Origin: Mizuhopecten yessoensis
Lineage: Eukaryota
Length of the DNA stretch: 64,000 nt
NCBI RefSeq assembly: GCF_002113885.1
Contig: NW_018405300.1
Coordinates: 413,913 to 477,912 of the forward strand
Direction: 5' to 3'
Part shown: positions 55,001 through 64,000 of the stretch, one piece after another
Layout of the letters: each line of letters starts with the position of its first letter
Numbering within the stretch: the first letter of the stretch is position 1
The notes under the pieces: generated by a model
The model's database searches: none
Told to the model about the DNA's origin: nothing
What the model saw: the letters and a program-made list of their open reading frames with translations, nothing else
Made by a program: the position numbers and the translations under genes

Positions 55001-58000
55001 TGTACAGAATTATATACAGTTTTCATTCACTTATACCACATCATCTACATTGCAAATTGGAAAAAAACAATGCTAGCATAACCATACTTATTATATAGTA
55101 CGTCACATTATAAACTGAACCTCGAAAAAAGTACTTCACTGGGGGGAAAATGTTGTTGAAATCTGTCTTGTTGAAGCCTCGTACAAAGAGGTGAAACTAG
55201 TCGGCCAATAAAGATATGTACCAACTTACTGGTGACATTTGAGCATGTTGTGAATTATTCTTCCTGTTAAAAATCATGTAAATGTTTGATGTACATTGTC
55301 CCTTGATGAGCCCTCGATTTGGTCAATAAAATCTCGTATCTTTTACCTTTAATTGTACCTAAAATTGAAAGTAAATTCCCAGCAGGCACACAATGTTTAT
55401 TCAACGTTATGCTGGATTGTTATTTGGTTGTGACGTTGATAAACGCTATTTTTTCAACGTTGAAATGTTGTTGTAATATGACTTTTAAACAACGTTGATT
55501 AATTGGATTTTTTTCAACCTTATTGACATTGTTGAATCTCAGCATTGAATCAACATTGATTCAACGACCTGTTTTCAATTGTTAATGATATCTTGTATTT
55601 CATATTTGGTTATTTTATATAGAAACATCACGATTATCATTGTCATTGGTTAAAAAAAATTGAAAGTATCGGAACTTTGCACGCATTATCTACTGGGGGA
55701 TTTAAAATCACTATGTTGAATGTTTATTTCATAGGGAGTTTAATTTAACTTATTACTCTTACATGTACCTTATAATGTTACATGATTTACAATTTTGTGA
55801 TTTATTTCATGTCTGCCTATGTGGACTAATTAGCTCCCTTGCTCTATGTGATTCGCCGCCTGGTGGAACTATTGTTGCTTATGCATCATTTACTCTATAT
55901 ATATCTTTTTGAAAACATAAGCCATCGCGGGCCATACAAAATTGGAAGTAGAACATAAACCCATATAAACCTAACATGCAACTGCAGATGATTGCAATGA
56001 AGCGCTGCATTACAGTAAAAGGTACCGGTAAGTGAAATAGGATGTCTTGATTATTCAATTATGTGATATAGAAGTGCATGTGTTCTATCTGTAAGAATAT
56101 ATTAATGTAAGATGATCTCCCGATCCCGGACTTTCAGAGTTTAAAGTAATTTCAAATGTGATGCAAATTTAAAACCTGAAGGTCCCGACATTGAAAGGCT
56201 GATTCACACTTGCATAACCAATATGAATCAGCATTTAAATGCAGTTTAAGGATGTACACCTCTGAGAAGTCAAAAAATTCCTGTATTAAACTTTTTTTCT
56301 TATATTGATTTTTGGAAAAAGGAGAGAATGGCATAGTAAAAAATGCAAAAACATATATATGTCTGTGTGTTCATTTTTGTACTATGATCGGTCAAAGATA
56401 CCAATTTAACACAATAGGTGCATGATTTTAGGTGAATTTTCGGGTTTTGACCATTTGCAGAACAAATTCATACAATTTCTTCCAAGTGTGTTATCAGATA
56501 TGTATGAATGTTTGTAGAATTGATAAAAATATTATTTTCTTTAAAAATATAGAAGTAAAATTACTCAATCTTATTCATTTTACTCCGAAATGCGATTTTA
56601 GTTACCCCTACCCCTTATTTTTTAATGAAAAATGCACTTTTTTTCACCATTTTTTGCAGATTAAACGCTTGATATAAAAAAATCCTGTATTAACTTTTTT
56701 TGGTATTCAATGAATCAAAAGAAAATGTGTTTCTCTTTCTAAAACCGCCACAAAAATGGGGGGTCGGTGTGCTTCTTTTTTTGTCCCATTATTATTTGTG
56801 TTATTTTTCACCTTTTTCAGTGTCAAAAATCAAAAGTGCTTCAGTTACCCTAATATGTAAAAAAAATACCAATAATATATAACTTTCCACTTTTTTGCAT
56901 ATTATTTTAATCATATTGAACATTATAAAGTTGTACAACAAAATTGAACCTGCTACATTTAAAAATGGTGACACAATGACAATTTAAGTGATTAACATAG
57001 TGTCAAATAAGGTGAAATTTTACCCTTTGTGAAGCGCAAGAAATTCACATACCAGTAAATACACTTTTTCAAAATGGCTGCCAAATTGGTCATTTTTTTC
57101 AAATTTTAGTAAAAAAAAATGTACACACAACAGACATCTAGTTTTTTGACATGTTTTTCAGATGTGTGTTTGCTATTAAACCTATCATAATTTGATAAAT
57201 AGTACAAAAACCCATTACACCAGATCAAAACGAGACTTGAACATGACTGAAACCTCAGAAGAGTACATCCTTAATATGTCATATATTTGAAGCACAATGT
57301 GTATAAAGTTGCTAAGGCAAACGGAGAGTGAAACTCCTTTGCACATGTGTATAAAAACTCGCTGTTATCTCTGCAATCCTAAACTGGGTCGTGCAACTGT
57401 TAGCAAGATACACGTCAGTGTGTAGCAACTGTTAGCAAGATACACGTCAGTGTGTAGCAACTGTTAGCAAGATACACGTCAGTGTGTAGCAACTGTTAGC
57501 AAGATACACGTCAGTGTGTAGCAACTGTTAGCAAGATACACGTCAGTGTGTAGCAACTGTTAGCAAGATACACGTCAGTGTGTAGCAACTGTTAGCAAGA
57601 TACACGTCAGTGTGTAGCAACTGTTAGCAAGATACACGTCAGTGTGTAGCAACTGTTAGCAAGATACACGTCAGTGTGTAGCAACTGTTAGCAAGATACA
57701 CGTCAGTGTGTAGCAACTGTTAGCAAGATACACGTCAGTGTGTAGCAACTGTTAGCAAGATACACGTCAGTGTGTAGCAACTGTTAGCAAGATACACGTC
57801 AGTGTGTAGTAACTGTTAGTAAGATACACGTCAGTGTGTAGCAACTGCGTTTGCAACCACGTGTTTAAATGCACACAAAGAAGACCTAGTCTTGGTCACT
57901 TTCTTTCCGTGTTCTTATTTATGAAAGACCTTATAGAAAGGAGTTGGAGGTACCTCTATAAGGTCATTTTATTGCTATAATATTTTTCTTATTAATGTAT

Positions 58001-59041
58001 ATTTTTCTATTTATCTATTCTAAATTGGCCATTTTAAATACGTTTTTATAAGAACAAATGATGTGGAAAATGTTTTACCAGTTATCATTGTAATTAATTT
58101 ATATAATAATAATAATGATATAATTTATATCTTTTGCAGAAGCTGTCCAACTGCCACTTGTATGTAGGTGCTGCATTCCAAGACTTAGATATCCCAAACC
58201 TGATATATAACCCGGATAAACATGATGAAGATGGGTCACAAGCTGCTGATTAGGTTGTTTAGAGAAATAAAATGTTACTCACAAAACAGTGTACTGTTGT
58301 CTATTTCTTTGTTATTTTATGTTACCAGTTGCCGGAATTTCCTCTTACTCTGACATCGGACTAAGACGGTTTGACAGACAGATGTCCCTTACCAGGCATC
58401 TGCTTGTCTAAGTCTGGTGTATAGAAACCTTGGGCTATGCTACCAGTTGAGTTGTCAGAAAGAAGGTTGAATGGTTATGTACAATTCAATGTTAAATCGA
58501 TGAATAAAATAGACGCTTATTCAATGTTTATTCAACGTCGAGCTTCAACGTTGCATTTTTGTACGTTGTTTCAGCTCTCATAATCAAATATAAATAAATG
58601 TTTAAACAACGTTGAGCTTCAACGTTGAAGTACTGGCAAATAATAGGGAGTTTATGGGGCATCCCAGTTAGCAGTGATGGTTTGATTATAACAGCCTAAG
58701 GGGAAGGCGTCCCATTGCACTATTGTTAGGGGGAGTACAAGCTAATAAACACACTTTTGAATGATGTGTGGATAAATCCCACTTATACAAACAATCAATC
58801 GTACTGTAATAGTATATTCAGGAAGGAGACAAAGTGAAACTAAAAGTTGACATGTGACTTGAGACGCACCTACATGTATGTATGTGAGGTCACTTTTGAG
58901 GATAATCAACAAGCCTGCTATGTATGTTATTTGTATAAATTACATCTTACCAAGTATGAGGAGAACATTCCTCGACTGTACCTGCAATATTAATGTACAT
59001 AACACAAGGAAAACAATGAACTTCACATCTGCTGGCACCAT
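43069..59041 (-). CDS. SGSH: N-sulfoglucosamine sulfohydrolase (sulfamidase, heparan N-sulfatase), 505 aa, 7 coding exons
   Basis: Exons 59041-58951 (signal [31 protein letters not shown]), 49582-49450 ([17 protein letters not shown] sulfatase FGly motif), 48983-48850, 47976-47823, 46500-46274 ([16 protein letters not shown]), 45199-45024 ([15 protein letters not shown]) and 43671-43069 ([21 protein letters not shown]); 1518 nt, phases consistent. Confidence 0.95.
43688..44232. repeat. 30-bp tandem array (x~18) abutting the acceptor of the last SGSH exon
   Basis: Unit ttctaaa(t/a)caccagtactgccttcccaata; begins ~15 nt from the acceptor at 43672. Confidence 0.95.
46555..47280. repeat. 31-bp G-rich tandem array (x~17 plus degenerate tail) near the SGSH exon 5 acceptor
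   Basis: Unit gggtggaggtgggagagggaactgattttgt with multiple GGG runs. Confidence 0.93.
48090..48860 (-). repeat. 27-bp tandem array (x~28) made of the SGSH exon 3 donor junction
   Basis: Minus-strand unit gtcaggacag|gtaagacagaagagagg; genuine junction gtccgaacag|gtaagacaagagagagg at 48850/48849. Confidence 0.95.
49566..55017 (-). repeat. 33-bp tandem array (~160 units, 5.4 kb) made of the SGSH exon 2 acceptor junction
   Basis: Minus-strand unit gtataaatctgtacag|GGGATGATGCTGGATTT; genuine junction tttctttttag|GGGATGATGCTGGATTTGAG at 49583/49582. Invariant core ~51245-54215, divergent flanks, 97-N gap at 54275-54371. Confidence 0.97.
56250..57270. mobile_element. Non-autonomous TIR transposon with TTAA target-site duplication (Kolobok-like)
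   Basis: TTAA|GGATGTACACCTCTGAG ... CTCAGAAGAGTACATCC|TTAA (15/17 TIR match). A 5'-GG terminus with TTAA TSD fits Kolobok rather than piggyBac (CC). Confidence 0.8.
57393..57846. repeat. 32-bp near-perfect tandem array x14 in SGSH intron 1
   Basis: Unit gcaactgttagcaagatacacgtcagtgtgta. Confidence 0.97.
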
Positions 59042-59113
59042 CTTGGTCTAATCTTCCCAGATGGAAAAACCTCGAGGAGTCCAAAACAACATTTTCGAGA
59101 CCCTTCTTACTTA

Positions 59114-59170
59114 ACTTCCTGTTTACATCACGTGACGGTATATTGTGGCATCGCCTCTCACCGCATGTGA
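59114..59170 (-). promoter_or_regulatory. SGSH proximal promoter with CLEAR-like E-box (GTCACGTGAT), second CATGTGA box and ETS-like site
   Basis: TCACGTGAC at 59128-59136 (9/10 match to CLEAR consensus GTCACGTGAC), ~87 bp upstream of the ATG. CATGTGA at 59164-59170; ACTTCCTG at 59114-59121. Confidence 0.6.
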
Positions 59171-60039
59171 TGCGTGTAAGTAGGCTTCTTGCTACGTATA
59201 CCTGCATCTCTCAGCTGTGACTGATGACCGTGTCATCAGTACAAAACAGGTAAATATTCGTACTGATGATAGGATGAGGGTTTCCACTACCTTCAAGGTT
59301 AAAGAGCTATTATCACACCGTAATTGAATTGCCTGACATAAACCTCAATAAGTCATCTTTGATCAGTGGTGACAAGGGTCACTCAGGATTAAATGACTTA
59401 ATGTAGATCACATGGTTTTGGATATATATCTTTATTTACTTAGTAGTAAATGACAAGCTCCCCATTAGATGTCCATATTTGCTTAAAGTGGTATACAAAT
59501 ACACAGTCGTTACAGTGTTGGTCTTAAATGTCACTGATAATCCTTGTTAAACTCGGGGAAATTGAAAACTGGAAACTATATGTGTACCAGTTGAATCAGG
59601 GGTCGGTCCTTTAACTGAGTTTGTTCCTACCAGGTATATTAAATCAACAACATGCCCCTCCGTCCAACATTTCAGTTTGGTTAGTTAGGTTGTTTGCTGC
59701 ATGAAGAAACTATTGTGTTACATTTATGATTGCTTTCTCTTCAAATGAAACATCGATCTAGCATTGATCTTGCAAAATTATCTTGATAAACTATATAAAT
59801 AAGCTAGCAGATTGAAAAATAAAGGTGGAAATTGGAATTACAACCCCAAAAAGTTATTATTCTTTTCATCACCAAAAACAATTAAACTCCTGTCAAAAAT
59901 AATTATGCATATAAGTCACTAAACCTTTAAAAGTCAGACCATTTAGCCACATACATGTATTGGTGTGTAACAATTCAACAAGATCTTAAATGACATTTCT
60001 ACATTACCATGTACATACATTTATAACTAATTACTATAT

Positions 60040-60370
60040 ACAAAGCAAATAAAACATCGGCTTTGTTCAGCGTAATTTAAAAATAAGTTCCAAATGATCA
60101 AAGAACATCAGCAATAAATCCCTAGTGCATCCATCTCTAGTAATAAGAATATGCTAGTTCTGTGTGGGATCCATATCAAAAAGTTAATATGCATAAAGTT
60201 GATATGATACAGCATAGAGCTGCAAGATAATTTTGTCACTAAAATCACTTTAAAACACCTTACGGGTTATAGTGACATGTCACATTAACATCTTAACTGG
60301 CCACCGCCCCTGATAGACTGAAAGGACACCCATCTCCTTTTGATGTACAAAATAGCATACCACAAAGTTT
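60040..60370 (+). mobile_element. Decayed CR1/L2-type LINE C-terminal remnant
   Basis: Translation EYASSVWDPYQKVNMHKVDMIQHRAAR ... LNWP ... LLLMYKI. Confidence 0.7.
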
Positions 60371-60864
60371 CCAGAAATAAAAACCTCTTCAAATGTACTT
60401 TACACCACAGTTAATTTATTACTGTACTAAACCTATATTGATATATGGTGTATATATGATCATTACACCTGTACAGGTAACAATCCCATATTAAACATTA
60501 TCATGTATGTGGCTAACCTACATTTTCTGTAGGGATACTATATTTGTTTATAAATCCCTGGACAAATATAAGTTTTTCGAGTCATTTATATTTGTTGCAC
60601 TGGTAAGGCATTAATACTTTTGAGGCTTCAGTTGCAGCTAATAGAAAACTTAGACTGAGAACTTAGAAGTAAGCTCAATTTCAAAATGTCCTCTACAGTT
60701 TAAGTATACTTTGAATGTATCTAGTGTAAACATACATGTTATTGTCACTGAAGCATGAAAATTGATGTCAACAATCTGGTCGGATAAAAAACTTTTTCAC
60801 AAACCATAAAGAAATGTTATATACAGTTTCACATACTTATTTAAGGGTTGAGTTGTCGACATTG

Positions 60865-61648
60865 CTTTTTATACCCCTGCCACTTTATGGGGGCATATTT
60901 AGTGTTACCAATGTCCATCCTGTCCTGTTCTGTCCTGTCCCATACTATTCCATCAATTTAAGTTGCGTTCCCTCCCGCTCAACCCCTAGTTCAGACTTGT
61001 CATCACTCTAGTAGCCTCTTCTGAATAACCAAAATGCCTAGAGCAATGATATTTGGCCAGTAGGTACCTAGGGCAAAGTGCTATGAAGTTACCTCAAATA
61101 AATGACCTTGGTCTACTTTCAAGGTCACAGGGATCAAATGTGTGAAAACCTTTAAACAACTTCTTCAGAATAACCAGGAGGCCCAGAGTAATGATATTTG
61201 GCCAGTAGGTACCTGGGGCAGAGTGCTATAAAGTAACTCAAATAAATGACCTTGGTCTACTTTCAAGGTCACAGGGATCAAATATGTGAAAACCTTTAAA
61301 CAGCTTCTTCAGAACAACCAGGAGGCCCAGAGTAATGATACTTGGCAAGTAGATAACTTGGACAGAGTGATATGAAGTTTCCTAAAATAAATGACCTTGA
61401 CCTACCTTCACAGTAACAGGGGTTAAATATGTGAATACTTCTTCCACAATACCAGGAGGCCCTGGGTGATGATATTTGACCATTAGCATGCTGGGATAGA
61501 GAGGTATAAAGTTTCATTTAGTCAGGAACATTCTTAAGCCAAGGAGACTCAATGTATTGAAATATTTGCAAAAGTGTTTTTATTGAGAATATTTCCCCAT
61601 GAAAGCTCAAATATCTATGTGAGCAATACAGGCCCTCTGGGCCTCTTG
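60865..61648 (+). mobile_element. HINE with ~147-bp core related to the 27205-28219 element
   Basis: (ctgtc)n microsatellite; cores atgatatttggccagta..aaatgaccttg..ttcaaggtcacagggatcaaat; end gtgagcaatacaggccctctgggcctcttg. Confidence 0.75.
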
Positions 61649-61959
61649 CTTCAGTCACACCTCCACTGACAGTAGTCTGGCATGTTTGTAAACAAAAGCA
61701 AATGTGGTGTATGAATACATCGCTATTCACTTTTTATGATGTCACAATCACCACTCACTTTCTATGTTGTCACAATTTAGTGTGTGCTATTCTGTGCAGG
61801 ATATCACCCTAAAAAGTGAATAGCGATTGTGATGTCATAAATAATGAATGGCGAATATTCATAGGCAAAGGTTTTTGTTTACAAATATGACTAGTGCCGG
61901 TAGAGTTATGACTGAAATAATCAGATGGGAGAAAATAATCATCCCCTACCTTGAATGTG

Positions 61960-62070
61960 AAACAGAGAAATCTCCAACCCTCAGGATGATAATTTGGTTG
62001 TCTAACCCTTGGCAGAGCCTCGGGTTGGACAACCAAATAAATTACCTCTTTGGTCAGGAATTTCCCCATC
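61960..62070. repeat. Imperfect palindrome, probable centre of a non-autonomous palindromic element
   Basis: atttggttgtctaaccc-ttggcagagcctc-gggttggacaaccaaat. Confidence 0.6.
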
Positions 62071-63034
62071 ACGCTTCGAGGTTTGGAATGATTCTATTAG
62101 TCTTTCCTGGCTAAAACCGGAAGCACACCTGTGAAGGATGGGAGATGCATACAATACACCAATGAATAGCCACAGATACAATGTAGTTTGTTAAGGCATA
62201 CACTTCCAGGTCACCACCTGTAAATATTTGTGGTTAATAGGAATCCCCAGGAAATGTTATTTAATGATTGTATAAAGAGATACTGGCAAGTTGTAGAAAC
62301 TGATTTGAATGCAAAACCTCAACATCGTGTCAAATTGGGGGTTAAAAATATCTTTGAGGGATTGTACAAGTGCTAACTTCAAGGAAGTGATATCCGACCC
62401 AAATGTATTATGACATGTGGTCCAGATAGGTGAAAATTATCAATACTAAATGTTTCTGCCACTTTTATATATTTATAACTACGTCTGGCATCTAGCTGTC
62501 TTACACGAGGAAATTCAAAGGATATAATCTTATTTATTAACAACATGTGCAGGTGTAGACAGAAGTTACTGAACTGTTCACACATTGGATGATACAGCTA
62601 CACTGCATAACAGTAACAAAAAAACTACAAATTTGGAGGACCAGGAAACCTTGTTATTTAAAGCATTGCTGTGAAGCATGATAGGTCATTTTCTGACCAA
62701 AGGGGAGATATTTAGAACTGCTAATCTGAATTCTATTTCACATCAAGGTTCTGTTAAAAACTGTATTTAGGGTATTTTCTGGCATTTTGGTATAGTAAAT
62801 TATCCAGATTAAGAAAAAAGCTAGATTTTGAAATAATTAAAATAAAGAACTTTTTAAGGTAATTTACAACTTTAGAAATTTCCAGAAAAAGTAAATTAGC
62901 AGAAAATGAAAGAAAAATATGAAGAATTATATATACATTAACTTTGTTTTACAGCAATTATGAAACAAGTCATGTCAACTTATATTAATCACTGTTGTTG
63001 GCCCGGATATCAGCGCGCGCGGGTCTTAATATGA

Positions 63035-63173
63035 TGGGAAACTGGAGTACCCAGAGAAAACCCAAGTGGTCGGGCAGGTGACCTCATACCTTTTCACATC
63101 TGATCAGGGAATCAAACCCCGGCCAACTTGGTGAAAGACAAGAGCTTTATCCACTGTGCCACCCGACCACCCA
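63035..63173 (-). mobile_element. tRNA-derived SINE with V-domain-like core (5' part)
   Basis: Minus strand: A box TGGCACAGTGG, B box GGTTTGATTCC, then gggttttctctgggtactccagtttccc resembling the V-SINE central domain. Confidence 0.7.
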
Positions 63174-63489
63174 TGAAGAATTGTTTCTAAAGGTTATAGC
63201 TAGGTGGCACATTGGAAGGTTGTTTGGCTGGTAGGAACTCATAGCTGATCATATTCAATATACTGACTGGCAGTGTTTCAGCAATAAATTATGTAACTAC
63301 GCTTTGAAGTATGTGGGTCATTTCTGATAGCACAACATGTGACAGTTGATATCTTGCTCCTCTTCGTCAGATTATATGCTGTTACTCCGAGTCATGTGAT
63401 GACCAATCATCATCTGATGATGAATATTAAAGGTTTGATTGAAACTTTATAAATTGTTGAACTGTTAAGACGAAGATACACAGAACGTT

Positions 63490-63960
63490 TTTAGCTCACC
63501 TTGCCCAAAGGGCCAAGCGATCCAACGCTGTAGTGTGGTTTCTGCTTCTGTCCAGCGTCAACGTTTTACTTTAAACAACTTCTTCTGAATAACCAAGAGG
63601 CCTAAGGTGATGATATTTGGCCAGTAGTGGGATGAAGGACTACCAAGTTTGTTCAAATGAATGACCTTTGCCCATTTACAAGGTCACAGGGGTTAAATAT
63701 GATAAAATCTTTAAACAACTTCTTCTGAATAACAAGAAGGCCAGGGATGATGATATTTGGCCAATAACATACAGGGATGAATGGCTTCCAAATTTGTTCA
63801 AATAAGTGACCTTGAATTATGTTCAAGGTCACAGAGGGCCCAGGGTGATGAAATTTGGCCAGTAACAAGGTGGCATAAAGGGTTACCAAATTTGTTCAAA
63901 TTAATGACCTTGACCTATACTCAAGGTCACATGGGTCAATTATGTTTAAAACCTTTCAGG
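63490..63960 (+). mobile_element. HINE of the same family as 25673/27205 elements
   Basis: Head tttttagctcaccttgcccaaagggccaag and ~140-bp cores gatgatatttggcca..gatgaag..taccaagtttgttcaaat. Confidence 0.75.
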
Positions 63961-64000
63961 TGGCTCCACACATCGTCATCAGCGTCCATTTTCGTGACGT

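Noticed and set aside
49650-57846. CRISPR-like appearance of 25-33-bp repeats
   Set aside because: The units are contiguous with no unique spacers, there are no cas genes, and the context is eukaryotic introns.
58139-58255. Possible + strand exon (ttttgcag|aagctgtcc...) inside SGSH intron 1
   Set aside because: It is short, has early stops and has no partner exons or recognisable protein, so it cannot be supported.

Overview
AT-rich, intron-rich animal genomic DNA. It is most likely a bivalve mollusc, inferred from the HINE/pearl-type repeats, the SINE types and an acidic shell-type protein. I reconstructed five spliced genes by hand, all with GT-AG junctions and consistent phases. (1) A secreted, extremely Asp/Asn/Glu-rich protein of ~1180 aa (794-9958, +), a candidate biomineralization matrix protein. 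(2,3) Two tandem LRRC20-like paralogs (- strand). (4) LRRC45 (17 coding exons, 668 aa, +), head-to-head with the second LRRC20. (5) SGSH/sulfamidase (7 coding exons, 505 aa, -), with a CLEAR-like E-box upstream and Asn in place of a conserved catalytic His. Introns carry decayed LINEs, Penelope remnants, a MULE/Foldback-like relic, HINE/Helentron-type elements, MITEs and SINEs. The most unusual pattern is tandem arrays whose unit is a copy of an exon-intron junction: a 25-bp donor array in LRRC45, a 27-bp in-frame donor array in SGSH and a 5.4-kb 33-bp acceptor array in SGSH. Together they create tens to ~160 decoy splice sites, and further arrays sit next to other SGSH exon ends. The very long ORFs in the track at 51-54.6 kb are repeat artefacts.
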